Part shown: positions 37,073 through 47,529 of the stretch, piece by piece
Layout: each line of letters starts with the position of its first letter
Numbering within the stretch: the stretch's first letter is position 1
DNA from: Ignavibacteriota bacterium
Lineage (GTDB): Bacteria > Bacteroidota > Ignavibacteria > Kapaibacteriales > UBA2268
DNA length: 63,231 nt
Reading direction: 5' to 3'
NCBI GenBank assembly: GCA_016219595.1
Contig: JACRLY010000035.1
Coordinates: 1-63,231 of the forward strand
The notes under the pieces: generated by a model
Seen by the model: the letters and a program-made list of their open reading frames with translations, nothing else
The model's database searches: none
Told to the model about the DNA's origin: nothing
Program-made: the position numbers and the translations under genes

Positions 37073-37711
37073 CTATCTGTACATATCCTGGTCGTCAGTA
37101 TGAAATTTATCAAAATAATAAACACGCAGACGTGCAATATCTCTTAAAAAATCAATTCTGACTATGTCAAATCTGTGTATATTAAGCCCTGTTCTTTCCT
37201 TCAAATCCTCTATCAAAAGTTTATGATTAACCGGTTTAATCAAATCAATCTTTTCATAAATAATATCTTTCTGACTTTCATTTTTTACGAATACTTTTTC
37301 TAAAACAAAAATCCCGACTATTATCAGAAAATTGATTAGCCCCATGAACAAATATGTATTGTGTGAGCTTATTAATGAATTGATTAATGCTATTGCTATC
37401 GAAATGAACACATAAGTCATTTCTTTTATCGGAACGGTTATAGTTCTATACCTTAGTATCGAGAAGATTGCAAATATTCCAAAAGCGAATCCAATGCTTA
37501 ATTCACTGCTTTGCAGAAGAAAGCAAACTAAAAAAACAAGTATATTTAATACAAAGAAAGTAAAAAGATATTCTCTTTTTCTCCTGAAATGAAAATATAT
37601 CAACCTTGTAATTACAAAAATTACAATTAAGTTTATAACAAATCTTATGAAGAAATGTAAATAAAAATCGCCGTTCATTATATGAAAACTAAAGAAATTT
37701 GAAGTATCCAT
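37073..37711 (-). CDS. DUF4956-family integral membrane protein
   Basis: Four or five hydrophobic helices plus a cytoplasmic C-terminal tail. This is the family that accompanies bacterial VTC-domain genes. An alternative start at ATG 37678 would remove the 23-nt overlap with the upstream gene. Confidence 0.6.
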   Translation of the reverse strand: MDTSNFFSFHIMNGDFYLHFFIRFVINLIVIFVITRLIYFHFRRKREYLFTFFVLNILVFLVCFLLQSSELSIGFAFGIFAIFSILRYRTITVPIKEMTYVFISIAIALINSLISSHNTYLFMGLINFLIIVGIFVLEKVFVKNESQKDIIYEKIDLIKPVNHKLLIEDLKERTGLNIHRFDIVRIDFLRDIARLRVYYFDKFHTDDQDMYR

Positions 37712-38483
37712 CCTGATTTTCGCATTGCTTGTTAATGAATAATAATCTTGGTTTAAATCTATTGTATTTGATATCCGGGTATGACATTATACTTCCTGTA
37801 GCGTATTTGCTTATGTTTATTTCCCGAAATCTGAATTTGTTCATCAATTTTATAAATTCTGAATTTGGAGAAAATCTCTCCTGTTTTATTTCTGCAATAA
37901 TTAAGCCCGGAAGATGAGACCAACCGTTTATCATACCTTTGAATGAAATGTCCCTATCGAAAGTAACCTTTTCATTTTTTTCTTTATGGACTAGTGTTAT
38001 TCTCGAGTAAACGACCCAAAGTGTAGGAGACAAATTTTCAGGTTTAATTTCGACTTCTTCGTTTATTAATTCCTTTGCCTCACTGGAAAGTTTTTCTTCA
38101 ATTTTGTCAGCCTGAATCCTGTTTTTTACGGTTATCCTTTTATTTGTTTTCCTCTTTATTTCGAAATAGCAGGTATTATTATCTATATATTTCCTGTACC
38201 TAATTTTATATCTGTTCAATTTGCCGTTATGATGCTGGAAATACATAAACAAATCGGGAGTATCATAATAAAGATTTTCGTAAATGAATTCTCTTTTATT
38301 TTCGATGTCCAAAATATTATAATTGCTATTCATTTCGTGGAGTATATCAGGTAACTCATTTTCACGGAAAGCGAATTTGGTATCGTGACGGTTATTCAGA
38401 TTAAGTGTATTTAGATATTCAAGAGAAACAGTAGAGAACTGTTCAAGCTCATTTTCTTTTTTCATTATAACGGAATCGTACAT
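37689..38483 (-). CDS. VTC-domain (CYTH-like tunnel) polyphosphate-polymerase-domain protein
   Basis: 264 aa. ...HNGKLNRYKIRYRKY...CYFEIKRKTNKRITVKNR... matches the bacterial VTC/CYTH E-x-K and basic-strand pattern. Confidence 0.65.
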   Translation of the reverse strand: MYDSVIMKKENELEQFSTVSLEYLNTLNLNNRHDTKFAFRENELPDILHEMNSNYNILDIENKREFIYENLYYDTPDLFMYFQHHNGKLNRYKIRYRKYIDNNTCYFEIKRKTNKRITVKNRIQADKIEEKLSSEAKELINEEVEIKPENLSPTLWVVYSRITLVHKEKNEKVTFDRDISFKGMINGWSHLPGLIIAEIKQERFSPNSEFIKLMNKFRFREINISKYATGSIMSYPDIKYNRFKPRLLFINKQCENQDGYFKFL

Positions 38484-39021
38484 CTCATTTCAAAATAAAT
38501 TAAACTATGTACCTATCAACCGATTCCGCCTCCTTGTTTATAATTAAAAAAATTCTTTAATACAGAGAATAAAGTATTATTTTTAAAAAATTGTCATTCC
38601 AATTTATATAATGACACATGAAACGGAATTTGGTCTCAAAAAAAGTTAAATTTTTTTTATATTACATTTTAGAAATAAATAATTTTGTATTACTCAGAAA
38701 CAAATAAAATTTTAACAAAATATTTATTAATAATTCATAAATAACAACTTAATAAACTACAAAGTTAAGTATATTTTCAATATTTTTAAAGACTTTTTTA
38801 GTAAGAAGGATTTTATAACTTATTTAAATGAATAAATTAAATTCATTATGTTAAATATCATTATTTTTAATACATGTGTATTAAATATATTTTGCTTCTG
38901 AATACTTTTTTCAGCAATTTTGAAGTTTATATTAATAGTACTTATGAAAATCATAGGTTTAATTAGATAGAATAAGTTTTTTCAGAAATAAATTTTTATT
39001 AAAAGGAGTATAAATTAAAAC

Positions 39022-40239
39022 ATGAGTATTAGTTTAATCGGTAATTCAATAAGTGCATCTGCTACTTTAAAATTGAATGAAATAGCGGCAATTCTTAGAG
39101 ATAAGGGAGAACCTGTTATCCACCTTGGTGGCGGTGAACCAAAGAGCCGGGCTCCTCTCGATGCTCTTGTTGCTGCAGCCGGAATAATAAATTCAGGCGA
39201 AGTAAGATACACACCTGCGGACGGTATTCCTGCTTTGAAGCAGGCAATAATCCGTTACACTGAAGATTTTTACAATAGGAAAGTAGCACCTGAAAATGTA
39301 ATAGCATCGAGTGGTGCAAAACAAGCAATCATGGTAGCACTCCAGGCAATACTTAATCCACAGGAGGAAGTGATATATCCTGCGCCATATTGGGTGAGCT
39401 ATCCTGAGATGGCTAAGATGATAGGAGCAGTACCTGTTCCTTGTTATCCTGAAGATGGTTCTTTTTATCCGAGATTAAGCGATATTGAAAGGTTGGTTAC
39501 TTCATACACCAAGTGTGTGATAATCAATAGTCCGAACAATCCTACAGGGGCAATGTATTCAGAGAAATTCATAGCTGAAATAGTTGAATTCTGCGAAAGA
39601 AAGGGATTATACCTGATTATGGATGATATATATCATCGTTTGATATTTGATGGGAGGAAGCCAATCAATTGTTACAATTATGCAAAGGATCTAACAGAAA
39701 ATTCAAAACTGATAGTAATCAACGGAGTCTCAAAACAATATGCAATGACTGGATTCAGAATCGGTTGGGCTGTAGCTAATAAAAAATTGATTGAAGTTAT
39801 GACAAACATTCAATCTCATCAGACATCGGGTCCTTCGGTTGTAATGCAGAAGGCTGCAGTTGGTGCATTGAATGGAGTTCAATCATCAGTCGAGAGTTTG
39901 AGGTTAACACTTGAAAATAACAGAAATGTTATGATGGAAAGATTGAATGCTTTCGATGGAGTAAGAGCATATAAGCCTGACGGCACATTCTACTGCTTTG
40001 CTGATTTCAGTTATTATAATAAAGATTCAATCAAGCTTGCTCATTTTCTTATAGATAAAGTCAGGGTCGTTACAGTTCCCGGTGTCGAATTTGGCTTAGA
40101 AGGATTTTTAAGGCTTTCGACTTGCGGTTCTATCAAGGATATAACAGAAGGAATAGAGAGAATAAAATGGGCACTCGACCCGAATTCACCGAATGAACTT
40201 TATATTGGACTTAGAAAATTAGTGAGGGATTGGTTATGA
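39022..40239 (+). CDS. Class I PLP-dependent (aspartate) aminotransferase
   Basis: ...NSPNNPTGA..., NGVSKQYAMTGFRIGW (PLP lysine), ...LRLS.... AAGGAG RBS. Confidence 0.85.
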   Translation: MSISLIGNSISASATLKLNEIAAILRDKGEPVIHLGGGEPKSRAPLDALVAAAGIINSGEVRYTPADGIPALKQAIIRYTEDFYNRKVAPENVIASSGAKQAIMVALQAILNPQEEVIYPAPYWVSYPEMAKMIGAVPVPCYPEDGSFYPRLSDIERLVTSYTKCVIINSPNNPTGAMYSEKFIAEIVEFCERKGLYLIMDDIYHRLIFDGRKPINCYNYAKDLTENSKLIVINGVSKQYAMTGFRIGWAVANKKLIEVMTNIQSHQTSGPSVVMQKAAVGALNGVQSSVESLRLTLENNRNVMMERLNAFDGVRAYKPDGTFYCFADFSYYNKDSIKLAHFLIDKVRVVTVPGVEFGLEGFLRLSTCGSIKDITEGIERIKWALDPNSPNELYIGLRKLVRDWL

Positions 40240-41888
40240 CAAAATATCTTGAATTTGATACACCTGCTCTTAAACATGCAGGAGAATATGCGAGTGATTA
40301 TAAATTAAAGAATCATGGACTTCAATATTTAGACCATGTTTTCTGGAATCTTCCGACTTCTGCATTGTATGAAGAAGCAGTATTTCGTGGTGAAGGTCAT
40401 ATTATTTACGGTGGACCGTTTATAGTCAATACAGGTAAATGGACTGCCAGAGCCGCAAATGATAAATTTATAGTAAAAGAACAAACTACAGAAGATAATA
40501 TCTGGTGGGGAGTTTATAATCGTCCTTTTGACCCGCAAAAGTATGGGAATTTATTAACAAGATTACAAGCTTTTTTGCAGGGTGAAGAATTATTTGTGCA
40601 AGATTGTTATGTAGGAGCTGACCCTAATTACAGAATGCCGATACGTATAATAACCGACACAGCATGGCAAAGTTTGTTTGCACGAAATATGTTCATTAAA
40701 ATTACAAACCGTGATGAATTAAAGAGACATGTTCCGGAATTTACAGTTATTGCTTCTCCTTCTTTCAAATGTGAACCGTCTATTGATGGTACACGTTCTG
40801 AAACAGCAATGATAATAAATTTCTCTCAGCGTTTAGCAATTGTTGCGGGTACAAGTTATGGCGGAGAAATCAAAAAAACTGTTTTTACAGTAATGAATTA
40901 TTTGAAGCCATTGGAAAGTGTTATGGCAATGCACTGCTCAGCAAATGTCGGGGATAAAGGGGATGTTGCTCTGTTCTTCGGTTTGAGCGGAACGGGTAAG
41001 ACAACATTATCGGCTGACCCAAAACGTAAATTGATAGGCGACGATGAACATGGCTGGAGCGATGAAGGTGTATTCAATTTTGAAGGCGGATGCTATGCAA
41101 AGGTTATTAGATTATCAGCAGAAGCTGAACCGGAAATTTACCAGTGTACACGTAAATTCGGAACAATATTAGAAAACGTAATATGGGATCCTGCTTCACG
41201 CAGAATTGACCTGGATGATGAATCCCGGACAGAAAACACAAGAGCATCTTATCCGTTGGAGTTCATTCCGAATGCAATGCCTGAGAAGATGGCTCGTTCA
41301 CATCCCAAGAATGTAATATTTTTAACTTGTGATGCAACCGGTGTATTACCCCCAATAGCTAAATTGGATATGAACCAGGCAATGTATCATTTTATCAGTG
41401 GTTATACTTCAAAAATTGCAGGAACAGAAATCGGTTTGGGAATAGAGCCTGAAATTACTTTCAGTGCTTGTTTCGGAGCACCGTTTATGGTTCACCATCC
41501 GTTTTATTATGCAAATTTACTAAGGCAAAAAATGGAAAAGCACGGAGCTAACTGTTGGTTAGTAAATACAGGCTGGGTTGGGGGAAAATTCGGAGTAGGA
41601 AAACGTATCAGTATTCGTCATACAAGGAATATGCTTAATGCAGCTCTCGAAGGTGAACTCGATAAAGTTAAATACCGAAAAGATAAATTATTCGGATTTG
41701 AAGTACCATTAACATGTCCAGGTGTACCTGACGATGTGTTTGAGCCATCGAATGCATGGGGAAATAAGAATGAATATTGGATGAAATATGATGCGCTGGC
41801 TGCACGTTATATTGAAAACTTTAAATTATTTGCTGAAGGAATACCTGATAATATAATAAATGCAGGTCCTAAACGGCATACAAAATAG
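40236..41888 (+). CDS. pckA: Phosphoenolpyruvate carboxykinase (ATP)
   Basis: GLSGTGKTTLS kinase-1a motif and ...IGDDEHGW.... ATG 40236 overlaps the upstream stop (ATGA). Confidence 0.92.
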   Translation: MTKYLEFDTPALKHAGEYASDYKLKNHGLQYLDHVFWNLPTSALYEEAVFRGEGHIIYGGPFIVNTGKWTARAANDKFIVKEQTTEDNIWWGVYNRPFDPQKYGNLLTRLQAFLQGEELFVQDCYVGADPNYRMPIRIITDTAWQSLFARNMFIKITNRDELKRHVPEFTVIASPSFKCEPSIDGTRSETAMIINFSQRLAIVAGTSYGGEIKKTVFTVMNYLKPLESVMAMHCSANVGDKGDVALFFGLSGTGKTTLSADPKRKLIGDDEHGWSDEGVFNFEGGCYAKVIRLSAEAEPEIYQCTRKFGTILENVIWDPASRRIDLDDESRTENTRASYPLEFIPNAMPEKMARSHPKNVIFLTCDATGVLPPIAKLDMNQAMYHFISGYTSKIAGTEIGLGIEPEITFSACFGAPFMVHHPFYYANLLRQKMEKHGANCWLVNTGWVGGKFGVGKRISIRHTRNMLNAALEGELDKVKYRKDKLFGFEVPLTCPGVPDDVFEPSNAWGNKNEYWMKYDALAARYIENFKLFAEGIPDNIINAGPKRHTK

Positions 41889-41902
41889 GAATTGATAAAA
41901 AT

Positions 41903-41939
41903 GCCCGTTAATTAGATATTGATTACCGGGCTTTTTTTT
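41903..41939 (+). terminator. Rho-independent terminator after pckA
   Basis: gcccgttaat / attaccgggc (one mismatch), followed by T8. Confidence 0.7.
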
Positions 41940-41989
41940 GGAATGTAAATTGATTACTTAATAGTAAATTTGAGTTCAGGAGGTATTAC

Positions 41990-42754
41990 TTGAAGAAATT
42001 AGTTTTGGTTCGACACGGTGAAAGTACCTGGAATAAAGAGAATAAATTCACAGGCTGGGTAGATGTTGACCTGTCTGAAAAAGGTAAACATGAAGCATGG
42101 GAAGCAGCGCAGCTTCTTAAGGAATCGGGATACACTTTTGATATCGTATTTACCTCCGTATTAAAACGTGCAATCAGAACCATGTGGATTATCCTTGACG
42201 GATTGGATATGATGTGGCTGCCATTCATGAAATCATGGCGGTTGAACGAAAGACATTATGGCGCCTTACAGGGATTAAATAAAGCAGAAACTGCAAAAAA
42301 ATACGGTGATGAACAAGTATTAATATGGAGAAGAAGTTATGATATTCCTCCACCACATATAAGTAAAAATAACGAGATGTACCCCGCCAAAGACCCACGT
42401 TACCAGGAATTGAGTGAGGATGTACTTCCACTTGGTGAGAGTTTGAAAGATACATATTACAGATTCATTCCTTTCTGGCATGATGCAATTGCACCGGCTG
42501 TAAAAACAGGGAAAAAAGTATTGGTAGTTGCTCATGGAAATAGTTTGCGTTCATTGGTTAAATACTTAGATAATATGTCGGAGGACGATATAATCAAGTA
42601 TAATATTCCGACTGGAATTCCACTTGTTTATGAGTTAGATGATGATTTAAAGCCACTGAAAAAGTATTATCTGGGTGATTTTGAATCAATAAAAAAATCT
42701 ATTGAATCGGTTGCAAACCAGGGAAAAGAAATCAGAGTGCTAAATGGGGATTAA
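41990..42754 (+). CDS. gpmA: 2,3-bisphosphoglycerate-dependent phosphoglycerate mutase
   Basis: [10 protein letters not shown], ...RHYG..QG..K... and AHGNSLR. TTG start with AGGAGG 8 nt upstream. Confidence 0.9.
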   Translation: MKKLVLVRHGESTWNKENKFTGWVDVDLSEKGKHEAWEAAQLLKESGYTFDIVFTSVLKRAIRTMWIILDGLDMMWLPFMKSWRLNERHYGALQGLNKAETAKKYGDEQVLIWRRSYDIPPPHISKNNEMYPAKDPRYQELSEDVLPLGESLKDTYYRFIPFWHDAIAPAVKTGKKVLVVAHGNSLRSLVKYLDNMSEDDIIKYNIPTGIPLVYELDDDLKPLKKYYLGDFESIKKSIESVANQGKEIRVLNGD

Positions 42755-42757
42755 TTT

Positions 42758-43159
42758 TTACTTTTTCTGACAAATCTCAATTAATACACCATTTGTAGAT
42801 TTAGGATGTAGAAATGCGATTTTCATATTATGAGCCCCATCTGTAGCCGATTTGTTAATTAATTGCACTCCCTCATCTGAAAGCCGCTCCAGTTCTTTGT
42901 TGACATCATCGGTTTCAAAAGCAATATGGTGAATGCCTTCACCTTTTTTTTCGAGGAATTTCGAAATTGGAGAATTTTCATTTATTGGGGATGTCAATTC
43001 AATTAAAATTTCACCGACTTTAAATGATGCAATTTCAACTTTCTGCTCCACAACAATTTCACGGTGAATATTTTCAAAAGCGAAAATCTTCCTGAAAGTT
43101 TCAATACTTTCATCCAGGTTTTTTACTGCAATTCCGATATGGTTAATTGATTTTAACAT
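42758..43159 (-). CDS. mce: Methylmalonyl-CoA epimerase (VOC/glyoxalase fold)
   Basis: 133 aa. INHIGIAVKNLDES...GIHHIAFETDD...FLHPKSTNGVLIE is the typical epimerase pattern. Confidence 0.75.
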   Translation of the reverse strand: MLKSINHIGIAVKNLDESIETFRKIFAFENIHREIVVEQKVEIASFKVGEILIELTSPINENSPISKFLEKKGEGIHHIAFETDDVNKELERLSDEGVQLINKSATDGAHNMKIAFLHPKSTNGVLIEICQKK

Positions 43160-43161
43160 AA

Positions 43162-43485
43162 TTACGGTATAGCAATTTCTATTCCTTCCGTTCTTGCAAT
43201 TTCGAGTAATGGTGTGGCATCATCTTCAAGAAATCTTTTTTCACCGACAGCAATCGGTTCAATTTTATAATCAGAAACTTTTGTTAATTGCCAGATTTTA
43301 CCTGCGTATTGATTACTTCCATTATCAAATATCGGTGAAATTAGTAACAAATCAATATCGCTATTCTCATTTTGTTCAGAGCGTGCATAACTGCCATAGA
43401 GAATAGCTTTTGTTATCTTAATACCATTATTACTGAGTTCTTGAAGGTATATCTTTATTACTTCTATAACATTTGAATCAGCCAT
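43162..43485 (-). CDS. MNT-type nucleotidyltransferase-domain protein
   Basis: LYGSYARSEQNENSDIDLLLI (GSxxR..DxD). Overlaps the upstream HEPN gene by 22 nt. Confidence 0.75.
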   Translation of the reverse strand: MADSNVIEVIKIYLQELSNNGIKITKAILYGSYARSEQNENSDIDLLLISPIFDNGSNQYAGKIWQLTKVSDYKIEPIAVGEKRFLEDDATPLLEIARTEGIEIAIP

Positions 43486-43844
43486 AATAAGACCTCCTTA
43501 GTATTATTACAAAGCTCCAAAACCTCAGAAGATCCTATTTTTTCTGGTTCATAATCAGGATATCTTCCTTCTAATTGATAATTCATTAATATACCAAATA
43601 AATCAGAAACATTTTCATTTATTGATAAATCTAACTTTTCTACAAAGTAATTCAAACTATGAGTTTTTGGTGGAACTTTAGTAAAGATTTTAGAATAATG
43701 AGCTTTTAAAATTTTTTCAATGGTTAAATGACAGAAGAATAAACACTCTTTAAGTTTATTTTTATTCAATAAAATTTCAGCGGTTTCAATATCCGATATT
43801 GCACCATTCTTCCAATAATCAATTTGTTTTTGAGTATTAAACAA
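43464..43844 (-). CDS. HEPN-domain protein
   Basis: 126 aa, all-helical, with ...HLTIEKILKAH...KTHSL... and ...EGRYPD..., as in HEPN partners of MNT proteins. Confidence 0.65.
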   Translation of the reverse strand: MFNTQKQIDYWKNGAISDIETAEILLNKNKLKECLFFCHLTIEKILKAHYSKIFTKVPPKTHSLNYFVEKLDLSINENVSDLFGILMNYQLEGRYPDYEPEKIGSSEVLELCNNTKEVLLWLIQML

Positions 43845-43862
43845 AATACAATCTCAAAATTA

Positions 43863-44633
43863 TTAATTGTTTTTTCTAAAATAATAAAATTCTTCGACTT
43901 TTTTCAAATCTTCCGGAGAGTTGACTCCTTGCAATTCATCATATTCAGGTCCTGCAAAAGCCTGTACACTCGAACCTTTATTTTTCAGTATTTCTATTAT
44001 ATCAGTTAGATAGTATTCACCTTGTGAATTTTTATTTGATATTAATTGAAGAGAGTTGAAAAGTAAATCTGATTTTAAGAGAAATACACCGCTATTGATT
44101 TCGTTTACTTTTTTTTCTTCTTCATTAGCGTCTTTTTCCTCTACAATTTTCGTGAAATTTCCTTTATCGTCTCTTATTATTCTACCATAACCAAAGGGAT
44201 TTGGTGCAATAGTAGATAAAACTGATACATCTGATTTTTTTTCATTATGAAAATGTATAAATTTTATCAATGTATCGGAACTCAGTAGGGGTACATCACC
44301 AGCAAGAATTAAAATGTTTTTATCAGATCCATCCATTACGGGTTTTGCTTGATTTACAGCATGTCCTGTACCGAGTTGTTCCTTTTGTTCAACGAAAGCT
44401 GTATTTTTCAATTCAAGAGAATCGACATAATTAATTACACTGTCTTTCTGGTGACCAACCACTATAATAATTTTTTCAGGCGATAATTTAATAGCTTCAT
44501 TCAGGACATGTCCGATTAACGGTTTTCCATCAAGTTCAGCCATAACTTTAGCCAGCAAAGGATTATTCATTCTTTTGCCTTTGCCGGCAGCCACGATGAT
44601 TATATTTAGATTTTGAATAGTATTTGAATCCAT
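43863..44633 (-). CDS. Sugar-1-phosphate nucleotidyltransferase (GlmU N-terminal-domain-like, no LbH acetyltransferase domain)
   Basis: ATG 44633 gives MDSNTIQNLNIIIVAAGKGKRMN...VVGHQKD...EQLGTGHAV.... The 256-aa product ends before any hexapeptide-repeat domain. Confidence 0.7.
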   Translation of the reverse strand: MDSNTIQNLNIIIVAAGKGKRMNNPLLAKVMAELDGKPLIGHVLNEAIKLSPEKIIIVVGHQKDSVINYVDSLELKNTAFVEQKEQLGTGHAVNQAKPVMDGSDKNILILAGDVPLLSSDTLIKFIHFHNEKKSDVSVLSTIAPNPFGYGRIIRDDKGNFTKIVEEKDANEEEKKVNEINSGVFLLKSDLLFNSLQLISNKNSQGEYYLTDIIEILKNKGSSVQAFAGPEYDELQGVNSPEDLKKVEEFYYFRKNN

Positions 44634-44634
44634 T

Positions 44635-45027
44635 TCAATTCGAGATGAATTTCTTTTTTGGTTCCACAGAATGAGATTTTTCAATAATATTGTTGTTCTT
44701 ATCAACAAGAATAATAGTTGGCTTATAATTTTTTATTTCATCTTCAGTCATATTAGCATAACTGATAATAATCATTTCATCGCCGATTGCACCTTTGCGG
44801 GCAGCAGCGCCGTTCAAACAAAAATCTCTGCCTCCGCGTTTACCGGGGATGACATAAGTTTCGAACCGTTCACCATTGTTGATATTTACAACTGAAACTT
44901 GTTCATTAGGAAGTATATCAGCTTCTTCGAGGATTTCTTCATCTATAGTGAAACTTCCTTCATAATAAAGGTTTGAATCAGTGATTCTCGCCCTGTGTAT
45001 TTTCGATTTCAACATTATTCTCTGCAT
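44635..45027 (-). CDS. panD: Aspartate 1-decarboxylase
   Basis: [16 protein letters not shown]...YYEGSFTID (Gly-Ser self-cleavage site)...NGAAAR.... Confidence 0.9.
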   Translation of the reverse strand: MQRIMLKSKIHRARITDSNLYYEGSFTIDEEILEEADILPNEQVSVVNINNGERFETYVIPGKRGGRDFCLNGAAARKGAIGDEMIIISYANMTEDEIKNYKPTIILVDKNNNIIEKSHSVEPKKKFISN

Positions 45028-45194
45028 GGTCAAATCCAATTATCAGCTAAAATATTTTCATATACAAATAACAAAATTACGGTAAAATTATTTTAATACA
45101 ATGAGGTATATATGTAAAAACATTTAAAATAAAAAAATAAATAAAATGTGTTAATTTGCATATTTATATTTAGTTAGATTAATTAAAACAGGTT

Positions 45195-45794
45195 ATGAGA
45201 TTAATTTTTAAAATATATTTACTTCTTTTTTCCTCATTATTATTGAAATCAGCCGACCATCCATACGAGCTGGCTAAAATTAATATTGATTTGAATGAAA
45301 TAAATAAAAACAGCCAAACAAAGACTGTTGAATTTTTATCAAGCACTAAGAAAAGCTTTGGTAAATTCATTTGTGCTGATATAAATGAAATTATATCAAA
45401 TAGTATAAAACATTTAAGCGATGAAGAAAAAAGCAGATTGTTGATAGTTGCAGAATCATCCAGTGGTGAAACAATAACTTCGACTTACTTCGATTATGAC
45501 CCCAATAATGTACAAATTGCACCAGTAATAATACTCAAATCTATACAAGGGGCAGTTGGTGACACTATAAAAGTGACGGATGTAAAAGGAAAAAAGGGTG
45601 TAGTAGATTTATCAATAGTTGAAAAGGAATTACAGAAATCAATAGTTGAAAGAATATACCTTCAGATTAAGATACTATCACAAGGTGAGAAAATCAGGAT
45701 TTTTTCAGTTGGTTCGTTAATATTTCCACAGGACAAAACCACTAACAGATGGCTCGGAAATGTTTCTAATATTAAAATATATATTATTAAATAA
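45195..45794 (+). CDS. Hypothetical secreted protein
   Basis: 199-aa ORF with an N-terminal signal-like segment. No recognisable domain. Confidence 0.5.
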   Translation: MRLIFKIYLLLFSSLLLKSADHPYELAKINIDLNEINKNSQTKTVEFLSSTKKSFGKFICADINEIISNSIKHLSDEEKSRLLIVAESSSGETITSTYFDYDPNNVQIAPVIILKSIQGAVGDTIKVTDVKGKKGVVDLSIVEKELQKSIVERIYLQIKILSQGEKIRIFSVGSLIFPQDKTTNRWLGNVSNIKIYIIK

Positions 45795-45814
45795 TAGGAA
45801 TAAAATATTTAATT

Positions 45815-47440
45815 ATGAGAAAACTTATCGAATGTGTACCGAATTTTTCAGAAGGAAGAAATGAGGAAATAATTGAAGCGATAGCCGAGGCAATTAGGCA
45901 AACACCGGGTTGTTCATTACTCGACGTTGACCCGGGGAAATCAACAAACCGTACAGTTTATACTTTTGTTGGCTCTCCGGAAGCTGTTGTTGAAGGAGCA
46001 TTGAATTCTGCAAAAGTTGCACGAAAATTAATTGATATGAGAAATCATCACGGTGAACATCCGAGAATGGGTACAATGGATGTGTGTCCATTTGTTCCCG
46101 TTGCAGGAGTTACTATGGAAGATTGTGTAGAGTGTGCGAAGGAATTTGGAAGAAGAGCCGCAGAAGAAATCGGAATTCCAATCTATCTTTATGAATCTGC
46201 CCAGGATAAGAATTACAGGAAAAAACTTCCTCAAATCAGGGAAGGGGAGTATGAAGGATTAGCATCAAAAATAAAACAGTCCGAATGGAAGCCTGATTTC
46301 GGACCTGCGGAATTTATTCCCGAATGGGGAGCAACTGTAACCGGTGCAAGATTCTTCCTTATAGCATATAATATAAACATACTAGGAACAAATAACCAGG
46401 CACACAGAATTGCACTCAATATACGTGAAGCAGGCAGGGGAGAAGACGACCCCGGATTAATGAAAGAAATAAAAGCTATCGGCTGGTTTGTCGAAGAATA
46501 CAATATGGCTCAAGTCTCGATTAATATGACAAATTATCTGGTTTCTCCACCACATGAAGTATTTGAACAGGTATTGAAAGAAGCAAAGCAATTGAAAGTA
46601 GGAGTTGCGGGTTCCGAATTGGTCGGGCTAATTCCATTAAATGCAATGCTGATGGCTGCCGATTATTATATAAAAAAAGAAAAATTATTTATCATAGAAG
46701 AAGACCAGAAAATCAAGCTCGTTGTTGACCGATTGGGATTAAATTCAATTTCAAAATTTGAACCTAATAAAAAAATCATTGAATACATTGTTGCCGAAGA
46801 AAAAAATGAACCACTTGCAAGCATGACAGTCAGAAAATTTGTCGAAAGTGTTGCTGCGAGGACCTCAGCTCCCGGCGGTGGTTCTGTGTCTGCACTTCTG
46901 GCTTCTCTTGGTGTTGGATTGGGAACTATGGTATCCCGGTTGACTTATGGAGTTCGTAAATTCGAAGATGTAGAGACAAAAATGAGAGAAATCATACCTC
47001 CTCTATACGAACTGACACAAAAACTAATCCCGGTGATTGATGCCGATACAAATGCATTCAATGATTACCTCGAAGGTGTGCGTATGCCGAAAGATACACC
47101 CGAACAGCAGTCAACACGAAATAAAGCAATGCAAGCAGGTTTAAAAAAAGCAATCGAAGTTCCTCTTACTACAATGCGGCTTGGCGATAGTGCATGGGAT
47201 TCGATGATTGAATTAGCTAAGTATGGCAACATTGCCTCAAAATCAGATGTTGAAGTCGGTGCCAAAGCTCTTGAAACGGGAATTTGGGGAGCACATAAAA
47301 ATGTAATGATAAACATACCGGGAATAGAAGATGCAGAATTTAAGAATAAAACATTAGAAGAAGCTGATGCAATTGTCAAGAGGGCAAAAGAAAAATGCAA
47401 CCGAGTGTTGAGTATATTGGAGAAGAGAGGGAAGAATTAA
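45815..47440 (+). CDS. ftcD: Bifunctional glutamate formimidoyltransferase / formimidoyl-THF cyclodeaminase
   Basis: N-terminal MRKLIECVPNFSEGRN... (formiminotransferase). The C-terminal ~200 aa, ...TSAPGGGSVSAL..., is the cyclodeaminase domain. Confidence 0.85.
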   Translation: MRKLIECVPNFSEGRNEEIIEAIAEAIRQTPGCSLLDVDPGKSTNRTVYTFVGSPEAVVEGALNSAKVARKLIDMRNHHGEHPRMGTMDVCPFVPVAGVTMEDCVECAKEFGRRAAEEIGIPIYLYESAQDKNYRKKLPQIREGEYEGLASKIKQSEWKPDFGPAEFIPEWGATVTGARFFLIAYNINILGTNNQAHRIALNIREAGRGEDDPGLMKEIKAIGWFVEEYNMAQVSINMTNYLVSPPHEVFEQVLKEAKQLKVGVAGSELVGLIPLNAMLMAADYYIKKEKLFIIEEDQKIKLVVDRLGLNSISKFEPNKKIIEYIVAEEKNEPLASMTVRKFVESVAARTSAPGGGSVSALLASLGVGLGTMVSRLTYGVRKFEDVETKMREIIPPLYELTQKLIPVIDADTNAFNDYLEGVRMPKDTPEQQSTRNKAMQAGLKKAIEVPLTTMRLGDSAWDSMIELAKYGNIASKSDVEVGAKALETGIWGAHKNVMINIPGIEDAEFKNKTLEEADAIVKRAKEKCNRVLSILEKRGKN

Positions 47441-47443
47441 ATA

Positions 47444-47476
47444 AAAATCCCCATCTTCAGTATGGGGATTTTTTTA
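47444..47476 (+). terminator. Rho-independent terminator after ftcD
   Basis: aaaatcccca-tcttcagta-tggggatttt plus a T-run. Confidence 0.8.
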
Positions 47477-47529
47477 TTATCATCTATGAAATCTTTTAAT
47501 CTGCATAATCTGTGGTTCAGACTATTTTC

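Noticed and set aside
38484-39021. 538-bp AT-rich gap between the divergent VTC and aminotransferase genes as a possible ncRNA locus
   Set aside because: It is extremely AT-rich with only trivial short hairpins and no GC-supported stems. It most likely holds two divergent promoters and UTRs, and I could not define credible -35/-10 boxes by eye.
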